Shown: in pieces, positions 44,820 through 59,017 of the stretch
How the letters are laid out: each line of letters begins with the position of its first letter
How positions within the stretch are numbered: position 1 is the stretch's first letter
Source: Balanoglossus misakiensis
Lineage: Eukaryota; Animalia; Hemichordata
Direction of reading: 5' to 3'
Length of the DNA stretch: 64,000 nt
Assembly (NCBI GenBank): GCA_040954595.2
Contig: CM082576.2
Span: 6,079,129-6,143,128, forward strand
Notes under the pieces: model-generated
Database searches by the model: none
Told to the model about the DNA's origin: nothing
What the model saw: only the letters and a program-made list of their open reading frames with translations
Made by a program: the position numbers and the translations under genes

Positions 44820-47800
44820 CTAGCTGGACGAGATCCAACCACTGTTCGTAAGGAAGTTTATGATTCGTTTTCTGTGCGCTTTGTCCAGGTTACTGGGGTA
44901 GCGGGTCTTGGTTGGGATACCCTGTCTTCTGAGTAAGTGATCCTGAAAAAAGTGAACAATATGGCAATTTTTTATGGATAACCATGGATCACAGCGGCAA
45001 TATGAATAACAGACACATGAACATGGGCAGTACAAATGCTTGTTAGCCTGCCAAAAGAACGGTCCTTCACCCTGAACTGTTTCCGCGAGGTCACAGAAAT
45101 TACAATGAACTACAATAAGTGTATCACTTACTTTGATTACTATAGTTTTGATAGTAACATAACGAGCTGGTTTCATACCCATGGACTTGCATAGCTAGAA
45201 CAAATACAAAATCGTCCAACATTAGCATGCTTTAAATTTCCCATCAACTTACGAAAACAATGTATCACCCTCCACATATACAAACATTGGTACCACTAAT
45301 GTATTGCTGAAGACAGTTTTAATAGAGAAACACTGCAATGTGAATCAAGCAAATCACGGAGTCGAGTAAGCTGATGATGCTGATTGCATGTAAATAGGGT
45401 GTGTTTTTTTTTGCGACATCATGAATCTGCCTCAGAGGGAATAATGAAACAACATCTTGGCCTATTTGTGCAGATTAACTCCTACATGCACCAGTAAACT
45501 AAGACATATAATCCGACAGAGGATTACAGAAACTTGACGCCGTGGCACAGAGGGAAAACCTCTGACAGTCCCAGGTGCTCCCAGCGTTTACTGGATAGGC
45601 TTTTTTTGGAGGCCACGTGCCAAAAGTGTGAGGCCGAGGGCCGAAATGCGGCAGCAGTAATAAGAAACCACTTCTTGTGTTTAGCCTTCAGCAACTCTTC
45701 TGAAACATGTTATTATTAAAACTCCCCAAAACACCCGATATTGAGGATTTTAGTGCAAGCCTTCTTTTGAGTATCAGTCCAGCTAAACTGTGTACAATTT
45801 AGTTCAATTCTCAATACAATACACAGAAGTGCAGAGATGTCACCGACACGTCAGGCACACAGCCATCACAATATAAACCATTACTTTCTCTACACACACA
45901 CACTTCAATTTGATGATATGTAATAACATGTAGGACTCCACAGCACAAAGACTCCACCGCACAAGGTTATTTTTCAGACTTGCCGGCGAAATCTCTCTAA
46001 CAAAATGAACCAAAATTACATGTTGTCTTGAAAGCCGACTCTGTTGAGAATAATTTTAAGATCTGATCGGGGATTTTACAAGTGCTGCTGGGCATTTTTT
46101 TCCCCAATTTGTCAACTTTTTTTTTATTTAGGCTACACTCAGGATTGGAGCACAACTTGCCAGCTAGTTCTGCTACAATACTCCGCACAGCTAAAGGGCA
46201 TCTTGTTGATTACTGCAAAGGTTGTATTATGTCAGAATGTACGTGGGTGTAAAAAAAAGTGCCTATAAACACCACAATGCGGCAGACTCTACGTCAAGCT
46301 AAATATGCCAAACTGTGGGTGTAGAACTAATCAGAGACCCTGGGGGGACAGAAAGATGAGAAACCGTGGCATTTCTTTTGTGGTGTTCTCCAGCATTATT
46401 GATCGGCCCAATGAATGCCATTAACCAACACCAGACTCCCCCCCCCCCCCTTCCTGCACTGTTTCTGGTCGATTTATTCCAAAGACCAAACGTTCACACC
46501 CACACTGTCAATTGTGCCTTGCGCGTCACCACCAGCTTTACACCTCGCACGCTTCATCTTTGCAAGGTGACATTTTAACCTAGTCCAAGTAAAGTGTGAT
46601 GACAGGGGAGTGGCTTGTTGTTGGCATCAGGGTCTTATCTCACAGACTATGAAACTGTGGAAACCGAGAGTAAAACCGATCAGCAATTGAGATCCTTTCA
46701 GCTACTCACTTTTTTCTCTTTCTCCGACAAGTAGTTGAAACCCTGTGCATACTTCATGTCCTGGAAATCATTCAGATCGTTGCCTGAAGAAAAAAAAAAA
46801 ACCCCACACATTACACCATGAAATCTGATATATTTTTAACGACTGTCGTATAATTTTTTAAGTGTGGTCTGCATAAATTCAGACAATGTATTTCTACCTC
46901 TATTTATGAGAAATTTCTCAAACAGCTTTTTTCAATTGATCAACTATGAAAAAAGTCAGACACATTTCATACACTCTAAGATCAGTGTAACAAATCGTAT
47001 CATTCATGATTTCAATTCAACCTAGAGACCACGTCTTTTTTTCGCCTTTATGCGTGCTTGCCTCAAGAGGGCGCCCAACACCATCAGCGTGAAATTTGTA
47101 AGCACATAAAGATACCACAGAACCAACACAACTTTGCTATACTAAACTCACCTTTTTCATCCCGTGTCTTCTCTTCCTTAACCCTGGGTGACAAACAAAT
47201 ACCAAAACAAAATAATTTTAACACTCAATTCATGAACTTTTATCAACACCACACATACAACTGTACAGAGTACAAACATCACAGACGAAATTTTAGTTTT
47301 TCACATATGCTCTACATTTGATGGCCATGTCCTGGGATGTCATGATCAGTCTGAATATAAAACAGTTGAAATGCCACCCCTGCTGAAATCTTACACAACT
47401 TGAATGTTCGCTAAATTCTAAATGACTGAAATGCCACACACCCTCGCTTGCTGCTCACTGATGCCATCTTCTTTTTATTTTCTTTCCTCTTCTCTCTCTT
47501 GTGTCTTGCAGATTCAAACTCGGCACACTCTGTCAACGACAAAAATATCATAGTTGAATCAAAACTTACAGTGACATGTTTGACAATGCCTCCGCTACAA
47601 CCACCAATCCTTGTTTTGCATGAAATGTCACAACAAACTTGACAAGCCATGGTGCTATAACTCCATAAGATGCAGCTCTTCTGTTGAACAGTGTAACATT
47701 TAGGCACAACTACTGGCATCAGACAAGGCGGTCTAACTAAACAACACTGTACCTTCTAACTTTGTGATGCCATGCCGCCTGTATCTCATCAGCTCTTTAA

Positions 47801-50800
47801 TTCGGACTCGGAGTTGTTTTTCTCCTGTAGAAAGAGAACATAACCACATCATGAACACAAATTTGATTAGCATGCATGTCAGATATCAGAGAGACAGCTG
47901 ATCATCTGACGAAGATACCAAATCTCCGGAGATAAATAACAGACCCACCGAAAGTACCTAAAAATATTCTGCTTACTTACTCTGTAAATTTTCGAATAAC
48001 TGGTCTTGCTCATTTGCCGAAAAGAACTGTGCGAATGACCTTATCTTGTCTTTAAAGTCTTTCTCTTCCTTTGAATATCTCCTTTTAGCTGTGTATTGGA
48101 GAATAATATGAGAAAGATGAACCACACGATATTCATATCAAAATTCCATTACCTTTTAAGTTAACCCTAGTACACAACTCAGCTAAAATAGCCATGAATA
48201 TGCATGTCATGTTTCAGAAACATTCAGAATAGTAACAAAAAGGTATACTCTGCCTACACAAGATCATCAAGGCATCACAAACAAAATTTGAATACTTGAA
48301 TTTCCAACTCACCGAGTACTTTTTTACATCCTGTTGTTGTGGCTGCTTGAATCAGACCATACTCCCTGGCTATACGTTTCCGCCTCTCTCTTTCCATTAA
48401 TTTTCTAGTAAACATGTCCACATGGGCTAATTTCAGGGCTGCAAGGCAACAACATGAATCCAAAATCAAGTTACATGTGGTCTGACTGCAAACAGCAGAA
48501 AATCAGAATAAGATGACTGAGTTTGTGAAATGCACCCAATCTTTGCAAACTCTGATGGATAGGGCCTATCTGGATCCAGGCTTCATTTTTTTATTTGCAA
48601 ATTACACATAAGAGTAGAGGACAATTTACTCACCTATGTCTATATCTTCATCATTCATATCTACTGTCAAATTACTAACTAAAGTCTCTGCGTCATTATC
48701 GTATTCCTGCAAGGTAAAGATGTAGATTACAGAAATGCAATAACAGAATATGTACTACAGGTATGTACTAAGACACTAAAGCTACCATTTCTGGACTGTT
48801 GACTTCACTGACTTACCCTCTCAAAATCGTCTCGGTACGGCATATAGCCTAATTCTTGCTGCTCAGCAAGGCTCATTTCTACTGGTGTAAATGGAGTTGT
48901 TAATGATGGTGATAACGGACCTGTTGGGAAAAAATACAGTTTGTTATCAGAGAGATATAAATTATATTATTTTGTGGCATTTTAGAGAAGTGTCTGTGAA
49001 ATCTTCGAATGAATACTGGGGTTGAGGCAGCTAGTTGGGGGAGCAGCCTAGAAGTGAAACAATGCAACTGTAAGCCGATTGCTGAACTTGTCAATTTTTT
49101 TTAACCCTAACACACGCTAAGCCTACAAATCTCAGTGTGACTTATAAAAGTTAACAAACTTACCATCTGCCACGGGAGTTGTGTGATCGACCACCTTTGT
49201 AGAAAAGTTGGGCGGAAGAGTTACTGTGAAGTTGAACACAGAAAACAAAATCAGACACCGTTGGAGTTGGGAAGGAAGTTTACAGGATGCTGAAAGACAT
49301 ACATCAGGATCGAAAAGTGTTGGCAAATAAACAGTGCCAGGTAAAGGCGCCCTCTATGTACATTTCTGGGATCAGCATATCGAAGACACTATTTTTTGTA
49401 TGAGCAGGTGCAAAATTACCATTAAAAATTCAAACAAGAGAGGAAATGATATTTCCTGGACTGGACCACTCTGAAGTTGTGTGAATAAGATCACTAATTT
49501 TGGCACAATACGGGGCAATTGGTCCGTAATTGTAGGAACCACGAGTACAGCTCACTTACTTTTTCCAATATTGCCTATAAGGTACATTAATTCATAGTGT
49601 TCCATGACTTCTGTCGGCGTCTTGGTTTTCACATTGTCCGCTACGTCTTCCCTGCAAGCCAAAGCATATCACATGATTCCATAGGATCTATACATGGGAT
49701 TTTGAAGAATTTTGTGTAACTAAACCACTCTATTGCTACTCCCCATGACAACTGTGCAAACAGCATGATCCATTCCCAACAACCATTGTACTTCTATTTA
49801 CATTAAATCTGATACTGGTACTGTACATTTTGAGCCGAATTTTGTTCATCAATGGACAGGGAAAACATGATCCTGTATAAAGGTTTCATATCAAACAAGG
49901 ATAACATTAATTATAAATGAATAGCAGATGGTCCACATGATTAGCTTTTGAATTATTTGATCTAATTTGTGACAGACTATTGTCTTTTTTTTTCTATAAG
50001 ACCAGATACCAGAGTACAAAACCATACAATTCTAAATTGTGTGAAATAATACTTACCAACTTCCAAATCCGTATTGCTCAATGCCATCCAACATTAATAG
50101 CTCTTCACTTGCCCTCCAAGTATTCCCACCATATATAGAAAAGTTACCATTATCCTATGCAAATTATAGGAAAGAAATGTAAGAATTTACACAATTAATA
50201 ATGCAAACAAATTAAAACATGTCCCACAAAACTTAAATATGTCTGTGCATGCTTTCCCCCACAGGGCAATTTGCTGAAGTGTCAATACAACAAACCATTA
50301 AATTTAGTCTCTATAAATATATTAATAGCAACCATATCATTTCTGTCATTTATTTTATATGTGACAAGGTGTAATATTGTGAAACACTAGGTCTTCATTT
50401 GCAGGAAACCTAACACAGAGACTATTAACAACACCTGTCTTGTCTTCCAGATGTACATTAGTACAGCATCTGAAACCCAGGCCTACACAATCTACCGCAA
50501 GGTTGGCTGTGTGATATATAATGATATCCTCTTCACTATTCACTTTGGCTCCTGACCCCATTGTTTTTTAATGGCATGCCATGACCCACATACAGGAGGG
50601 ATGTGGGAGATATAACTAGTGTGTGTGTTTTAACATGTTTTTTTTGTTGTGAAAAGTGAATCACATACATAATGCTAAGATCAGAGTATGGTCTGTACAA
50701 TGTTATCAATACCAACACACTTCCTGTATACTACAGTACATGTGATGAATACGTCTGATAGCACTTGCAGAATTTCATTGGGATACTGGGAGCATCATCT

Positions 50801-51895
50801 TTTATGTTTGGAATAGAAATCTCATTATCTGAATGATTTTCTACTTTTTCTGAATATAGTACTAGTTTCTGCCTCTTGGCATGCAAATGTCTGGTTCTGT
50901 ACATTGCAGTGAAGCCCTACCAGGCGTGTCTGAACACACACAACTCAACAACAATACGGCGTACCATCTCTTTATATATTAACATGCACAGTCTGATACA
51001 AAACCAGACTGGGTCAATATGTGGGATACTCTATTTTCATGCTAGGGGAGGTCATCAGCACCTCATTATGAATTTTCATATCAATAACGATTTTATTCCC
51101 GAAAATAGATTTTGGTTATGACCAGATTATGGAGCTCTCATCTAAACAACTGCTATATCATGTGTTCTATTTTCCACAGTATGTTTTCACAGTTGCTTGA
51201 TGTAACCCTTTTACATCATGCATATTCTGCATTCTGTGAAACTGGGTCAACCTTTACCGGCATATAAATATGCAAACGACGACTCGGTCACATGCCATAA
51301 ACTCACAAATTCTGGTGTATAAATTTATCCCGCAAAAAAATACTAAACCCAAACGATGACACCCGATTAAACTGAGAAAAAATGGTTGCTGGTATTTGAG
51401 CCGAGCCACCCTCTCCTATTCAATGGCACCGCCCACAACCCCGTTCTACAGATCTCTGGAAATAGTAATTTTTCCATACATTCGATATTTTCACTTACTA
51501 TTAATTGGTATCGGTGGCCTCTTTTGTGAACCCCCATCTCGGCACCGCCGGAAAAACACTGAAACGATAGATAAGAATCGTGAAAATGGGGTCCACCAAG
51601 AAACACGGGTCAAATTTTTAAAAATGTGAAATGTACAGATATTGTGGGTTTCGGTTTGCATACGTAATTAGGTGACGTAAAATGGAGGTCATACTTGCCT
51701 GTAAACAAAGGTCGAAGTCGGTGCATTCGGCGCATTTCACCCGTATTCCGCTAATATCTTCTTGGCAGTAATTACAATAGTATTTTATGGTATTATCTGA
51801 AACGAGGGATGATGCAAAATTGTGAGATCGTGATAAAATGGCAGCGTGATGACACAGTCGAAAGAATTTTCAGTAAAGCATTACCAACCCGCCAT
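44820..51895 (-). CDS. TADA2B: Transcriptional adapter 2-beta (SAGA HAT module), ~425 aa
   Basis: 16 exons: 51895-51889, 51796-51699, 51558-51499, 50154-50057, 49651-49560, 49223-49164, 48920-48817, 48706-48634, 48438-48313, 48088-47981, 47824-47753, 47529-47442, 47183-47152, 46783-46710, 45194-45132, 44942-44820 (1278 nt). ZZ zinc finger YCNYCQEDISGIRVKCAECTDFDLCLQCFSGGAEMG, SANT domain WRASEELLMLDGIEQYGFGSWEDVA, Ada2b-type GPLSPSLTTP and EQQELGYMPYRDDFEREYDNDAE, and a C-terminal SWIRM-like region. The 7-nt first exon and the exon-12 donor are the least certain parts. Confidence 0.93.
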
Positions 51896-53096
51896 TTTGA
51901 TGGCCTTCCTATGCTCAACGAAAGCTGTGACGTCACAACAACCATCATGCACCGCAGTATGCGGCTTCTCAATTTTTGAGATATCTGCATATGAAAGTGT
52001 TCGCGCGAATGCCGTGTCAAATCTAACAGCTTTTACAAATTATCAAACCAGAAAATATATCTAATTCATATTTGTGCTTCAGATCAGAACTAATCCACTT
52101 GTTTGCCCAAATATGTCCATCCCCTGAAGCTGTGTATTTTGATTAATAAGCTTACCAAAAATAGGCCTACCATCCAATCTTCGGATGCGGTTTTGAATTT
52201 CCGTCATCGTGCCATTCAAAATGTCGGGGTTTTTTTATTTTTCAATCCTTGGCGATGAACTGGAGAGATCAAATTAAGGCATTTTTATATACTCAATGTC
52301 CGCGGCCATATATGACGTGCAAGTATGAGCGTAAGTATGTGTACGTCCTACGTTCGTACGTGGCCAATGTATGAAAACTTGCCTGCAGGCCTAGGTGTAC
52401 TGTAGTAATGGTCACACTTCGGTAAGCGTTTTTTTTTTCATCATCGCTTTTGATTTCAAACCATGGTATCGAAAAATACTAAGAAAAGTTGAAATCGGGT
52501 ATTTTCGTATTTTCTGATCATGATTGCCTTTCTTTGGTCGATTTCAGTTTGGAGTACAAAAACCCACGATCATAGTTCAATGTTTGCCAATCAAATTCAT
52601 TTTATCAGTTAAGTCAAATTGTGAGATCGATCTTGTCGAGGAGAAACATTTCAAATCTGTTCACAGTGTCGTTAGAGACTGAATCACGGTTGAAGTATTT
52701 AATGGGAATACCAAAATGAAAATTACAAGATCAGATAAGTAAATTAACAAAGATTCAATTTTCCTTATCATTTCCCCAGTGATTAATTATTATGCGAGAT
52801 GTGCAAGATGTATCCCCAGGACCATTTCTCCATCACGTTGGATTCCACGCAAAATTACCACTTGTAGCTGACTGACACTTCGCACTGAGATGGACGTTGT
52901 CCATAAGGGTGGAATACAACTATATGGAATCAACATTACAATAACTTACAGCTAATTTATACATGAAGTGCTGTAAATAAATGTCACATGCATTCCTTTG
53001 GTTGAATATCACACAACCCGTGGAAGTTGTCTGAGGTTCAATATATGGTTTGTCTCTTTTCTTGTCAATTATATTATTATTTCCATAATTTTGGAG

Positions 53097-54905
53097 TCAG
53101 TCATCGTCATGCTCCGTTTCGTCATAGCTGGCGTACCCTTCCTCTCCACCGTTGTTGCTATCAGAATCCGTCGAATCGTTCCCTATACAATTGGAAAACA
53201 GGAGAAGCAATCATAGTATTTTAGTCCAAAGATGCTGAATATCGTTTTCAGATCAGATTTGAGGTCTGAACAAGCATGCTGTTTAGTCGCGATAAATCGC
53301 TATATATCTTGTATGGGTCTAAGAAAAGCTTCACGCCACTGTCATAACAAGTCGAGGCCACTTGTCTTCCATCGCTTGGTACAAACTGGTACCTTGCCTT
53401 GACACGTTGGACCAACCCGATACAGCGACAAAAGAATGGGACACTTGACTTCAAATTACTATGAGGGCATGAAAGACTTAAAATTACACTTGTGATTGAC
53501 AATTAATTGGGGATTATTCTACCTCGTCTTTGAAGCGCATTTCTTTTAACTGCCTTTCATTTTTTTCTTGACTGTGAAAACTCACCACTTTCTTCAATTA
53601 TTTCGAACGCTTTCAAGTTCACTTCTTGGTCATGTTGTTTACTAATAATCTTTGAAGCCTCTTTGATATCCTCCAGCGTCAAATCTCCCATGAGCACCCT
53701 CTCGGTGACGTGAGACCCGTAGCTGGGATTGAGCATCATGTCAAATTTGCTCGCATTTCGCTCTCTCAAATGTTCTCCGTCGACTCGGACTACGGGTTGT
53801 TTTTCCTCTCTTCGTTTGAATCGAGTTGACGAGGCCCTTGAAACCGTCCCGTCTGGGTCCCCTTCTTCGGGCAGCCCAAGTTCATCCCGCGACGTCCGTT
53901 CCACCAACACGGTGTCCTTACCGCCCCACATAACGAAATGTTTCAGATACCGCTCGTACTGTTCGTCGTCGTACCTGTCCCGGATTCCCTGAATCTGTTT
54001 CCTCTGTCTTTCCAGTGACTCTCTGTGCTTCTTTTCTTTATCCCTCTGCTGTTTGTCGTGTTCTTTCACTTTCCTGATTTGCAATTCTTCCATTTTCTTC
54101 AGCACTTTCGTGTGCCTTATTTTCCGGTCTTTTCCGTTCATGTATATTGACTGTAACGAGCCAATGTGCTTTATGTCCTTGTCAGTCAATAGCTTCCTTC
54201 CTTCTTTCTTCTTATCCATCGTCAAAGATTCACTGATAGCTGTAGTTGATTCAAAGACGCGGTCTTTTGCATCCGTTACAAGTCTAGCTAGAATTTAAAC
54301 AAAATAGAGTCAACGTGGAATAATTTGAGAAGCCTTTTATTATTTAAAACGGAAAGGTAGTGCTGATGCTAACGGATTGTAAAAACACAGCATTTTATGA
54401 CGGTCAAATGTATGTCGTATGCTTGCATATGCCAACGCGCACTCGAGTCTATAAAAAAAACCAATAATACTGTAGGGACACAATGTCCCCCAGCCACCCG
54501 CGACTTCCAATCAGAATAATTGCTCACTGGGCTCGTGGTAATCCTGATCGTTAACCATTAATCTTTCATTGACCCATATACGTACGCAATTATATATCAG
54601 ATATGAACCATAAATTATCGATGAATGATTTTGTTTTAGGAAAGAAGCTCAATGAGTTCGTAATCTGTGCCATGATATTGTACTTTGCGAGAACCCCGAC
54701 TTCATTATTCTGTGCTTTTCTGAGCATGTACATGAAACTAATTGGTACCTAATTGGTTGTGTGAAGACTGTTCGGGTATTTTCGTTCTGCCGTGGCTGTT
54801 TTTGTTGCTGTTGTTCTTAATGCTCAATAGTTTTGAATCGCCCACTAATAGACTAGACGGGTATAGCGGTTTCAGACGACAACCACTCCTTGTCTGAGCC
54901 GCAGT
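53097..54905 (-). CDS. Uncharacterised charged/coiled-coil protein, paralogue Y (5' end unresolved)
   Basis: 702-nt phase-1 exon 54287-53586 (gtgagt donor) joins an acidic terminal exon 53182-53097 (GNDSTDSDSNNGGEEGYASYDETEHDDD*). Candidate upstream in-frame exon 54905-54749; start codon not found. Shares two motifs with paralogue X. Confidence 0.7.
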
Positions 54906-56693
54906 CTGTCAGTTGTACCATGTGCACAAGACGTATATAGGTCATGTGGATTTTTTGGTTCATTCTCGTCCTGAGTTGCTATGTAATAGGCGTGTAATGC
55001 TTCTCTATACATACATTGACTGAACACAACGTGCCTTGCGTCACAACAGTCTCTCTCTGGTGGTCAAAGTAAGAAAAGTGCAACAACACTATATCCAAGG
55101 CAACGTATCCATCCAGACTGTGTCACTTGGTCTTCCCAGTAAATTTTGCCAAAATGTACCAACTTCTTTCCCATACTTGCTCAACAAAGCACAAAATTGA
55201 CAAGCCGGGTTTTTTTTCGGGACATATAGATGTGACTGCTGCATTTCAGTCATTAAAATACACGATTTGCCGACTAGACCGTTGTGAGCGCATACCCGAT
55301 TGAAAACTTAATGGGGCATGAACATTTCCAGGGATTAAACACGTGTTATTGCAACGAAAACGACTTAATAAGACATATAAGTTTTACGGGGTGGTTAAAT
55401 TTCACGAACACCACACATTTGTCGCAGAGATCTCTCTCGACAGCCAAAGGGTTTCACTCGACAGGAAATACTCGCACAGTACTTACCCACGTATTGTCAC
55501 GTCGTTATTTATATAGGGAGTCACATATCAGTTACCAAAATATCGACTTTCTACACTAAACAGTTCACAAGCACGTCTGGAATCAACCGCAGACTGCCCA
55601 AAATATTTGTTTGCTTGTTGTGTATCCAGCTGTTGTGAGCGGGCGGGGACCAATAACGGGACCGAGTGTCATAGGTTGCCGTGATTACTTTGATGGTACT
55701 CAGTTCATGCGTGTCATTTGGGTGCGAAATGAATAGAATACGCGCCATTCAAAGAGAAACAATCGGTTGGGAAGCAACAATGGACCAACCAGTTGTCCGG
55801 GGCTACTGCCTGTATCGCTCCTAAAGACGGGGATTAGCAACTTGGTTTTAAGTACCTTTTATATTGCTGTCTGTAGCTATAGATATATCGGGTCAGTGGC
55901 GAGGTCACGTACGTACCCCCCCCCCCCTTTTCACGCCACTCCCACTTATGAGAAATAAAAAAAGGTGCAGGTCGAGTTATTTACGAGAAGTTCGATGGCG
56001 TTTTCTTTTTATTTTCAGTTGTGTGACAACAGAACAGCGACAATAGGCATTCTCAATAAAATACCAATGATGCAGCCACTCGAGATTTTTTCGGATTAGA
56101 TGTATGCTGCTCTAGCTCTTGCAGTTATGACACACGCTTTGAAGGCACACCTTTGAAAGGCAGGATAGCAACACTTCGGATAGACGCCCTCACAGCTTCT
56201 TCGGGTGGCTACTCGAATGATGCGTGGTGGTGGTATACTCTCTGGGAAAATGCGTGTTCCCAAAATAACGGGATAGCTGCTCTGTGCAACATAAAAGTTC
56301 GCAAAAAGAAGAAAACGGGACAATCCCTCCCCCCAAAACGACCCTTGAAGGCATTGGAATACCTATCAGATACTCAAAACTCACTAAACGTTTCGTCCAC
56401 TACAGCCCCATATTATTGCCTTCCAGTTACACATGAACTGCCAAAGAAACGATACTGGATCCTATAATACGTGATAAAATCACATGTCGTGATTATGATT
56501 TCATGTTCTAGCACCTGATTTCAAAATTCGATGGCTAACCTTTGTAACCCCTCACGTTTCACAAGAAAATTCATAAAGGTAAACACAGTATTCGTATGTA
56601 CTTTCGTCAAACATGTTCAACGATCTCGCTCTCACACACTGGCGATCAAGTTTTTTCAAAGTTGATTGCATATAACGCCGGAAAGACGATTCA

Positions 56694-59017
56694 TTAAGCG
56701 TCTTGCGCTGACTCCATGTTTTCGACAATTCCGTTTTCTTCTTCGAAAATAAGTTCCTTCGAATCTTGATTAGAATCTTCTTCCTTGCGGCCAATTTTCC
56801 TCTTCCTCTCTGCTGTAAATTGACAAAGGAAAAGTAATTATTTGCCAGAAGCACGTATACCAGGGGTATACCTAAGGTATAAACACAAGAAGAGAGGGGG
56901 TGACAGATTGACACACACACAGACGCAAAGAGAGAATTCTGCTCGGCATAAAGGCAAGGTACGTAGTAAGGCACATTTCACCGACTGTCTCTTCTTGTAT
57001 ACACCCTTACACCAAGTTTCACAACTTTTCAAATACTCATAAAACTGGCGTGTATTAATCACTTGATAATATCACATGTTATATGGCCACATCGGCTACA
57101 GAATTGTGCGCATTTTGCTGTGCGTGTGTGACACTGCCTTGTGTGTGTGGCGTCAGGGTTAATGTGTAGAATCTGTACATTCCCTTCCTCGTATGGTTTG
57201 ACGGATTTTACCAATGTTCAAAACAATGATATAATCATTTACGTACAAGATTGTTCCGATACTTTGATGAGTTCTGAGACAGTTCTATTCCCCGGCATCA
57301 TGACTTGGGTTACTAAATCCGTCCCAACTTTAGGATGGAGCAGTTGGTTGAATTTCTTCGCATTCCTTTGTCTTTTTACAGTTTTGTCGACCTCCTTGGG
57401 CCTCGGTTTTCCTTCTGAGTGATGCTTTTCCTTGGTGTTTATGTCTCCGTTATCAGGCGGTCCATCTTGCCTTGCATTGTTGTCTTTTACAGATTCAAGT
57501 CTCTTCAGTCTGATTAACCGTCGCTTAGTTCCTTCCTTATGTTCATTAGATCCACTCCTCATTTGGGCCAACCCTTGCCGTGGTCTAGCCTTCTCGTTCA
57601 CGACAGCAGCCATCTTGATTTGTAGGTCCTCGTACTTGTTGAGAAACACGTCGTGCCTCTGCCTTGGATACGACCTGTTGCAATACACTTTGTTGAGAGC
57701 TTTTACCCGCCGAATGTCTCTGTCTGAAAGCGTGGCATTTGTCGCCCTTGTGTTGTGCGGCAAATCCGGCGGGTGTAGAGTTGTATTGCATCTCTGCAGT
57801 GGTTTGCCCGTGTCCAATTTACTATCAAGATTCCCGTTCTTTGATTCTGTCTTTAACTTACTGAAACAAAAAGCAGAAAATATATAGCACTGGTCTTAAT
57901 TAATTCTATTTTCCTTATTTACTATCTTTCCCAGTCTGTGTTGAACTGCAGAACTCGTATAGTAACAGAGATTGCGCTGGATAATATGATTGCATTGGTG
58001 TTGGCAACAAGTGTTGTCAATACGCGCACAGGATGATGGAGAAATTATTTAACATGGCGATTATTTCTGAAACGTTTGTGTTCATTTACGGTAAATCGAA
58101 GGTAAACCATCTGAAGGAATGCGGACATTTAAAGGGAATACTTACTCGGTTCTAGCATTATGCAAATCGCCCCCAAACATGTAATTGGCCCTTGCACCTG
58201 CCCAACAAGTTGCCCAGTTCTTAGACGTCGCATAGTTTGGAAGAGCTTGTTTCTGTGTCGGCATTCCATAGTGTGTTTCTGTAGGGAATTAGTTGGTTTT
58301 AAAAAAAGGTGACTGTATATGGTATAGTTGCATTATATTGCGCACACTCAGAAAACTAAGAACGTTGGCATCATGCCAACTGGGTTGAGGGACTACACTG
58401 TTGCAGTGAGACTTATAATATTGAACATGATATAGTCCGCTCACTATTACAATTTTATTCCAGAAAACTGGATTCGTATCTACCCTTGATGATTCATCTG
58501 ATTTAACAGTCGTGTCATTTTTCATCGGTAGATAATCAATGATATCTACTGGGCCACACAACCCATACGTTACCTAATAATTAAAATGTACGTGAGATAT
58601 GATTTTATGCGTGTAGCTGTATGCAGGAATGTTTGCATTTGGAAAATACTTGAAGCCTCGTGGTAACCCTGTCAAATGAGATGTGTTTTGCGGGCAGACA
58701 GCAGTTCATGGTCCGCAGTCCCAAGTTGAATGTCAACGTGGCTTGACAACAACACATATCAGTCGTTGTTCTCAAAGTCAACAAAGACAAACGAGCCTTC
58801 ATGAAAGCTTATCCCCGATACTGTCGAATTCATGTGATTATATACGAGTTTAGACTGCGAGTCGGAGTGAACAAATGCCTAGCAACGATTGGTGTCAGTA
58901 GTTTTTAGAAAGCTGCAAGACTCTCTTCAATATGTAACAAGTCTATTAAAACGTAAACACGTCATTATAACCTTTGTGGATCGGATCCCACTCACCTGTT
59001 ACCAGTGAAGGAAACAT
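56694..59017 (-). CDS. Uncharacterised basic protein, paralogue X, ~295 aa
   Basis: Exons 59017-58996 (MFPSLVT), 58278-58146, 57860-57247, 56812-56694, all GT-AG and frame-compatible (888 nt). Ends in an acidic tail ...EEENGIVENMESAQDA*. Shares two motifs with paralogue Y. Confidence 0.72.

Noticed and set aside
45526-46190. Open minus-strand frames inside TADA2B intron 14 as possible alternative exons
   Set aside because: The nearest AG acceptors give stops within a few codons in the required phase 0, and the flanking exons already join into a complete Ada2b.
56552-56974. 140-aa minus-strand ORF from the track
   Set aside because: It overlaps the terminal exon of paralogue X in a different frame. 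The phase-1 junction selects the acidic frame ending at 56694, and the upstream part looks intronic.
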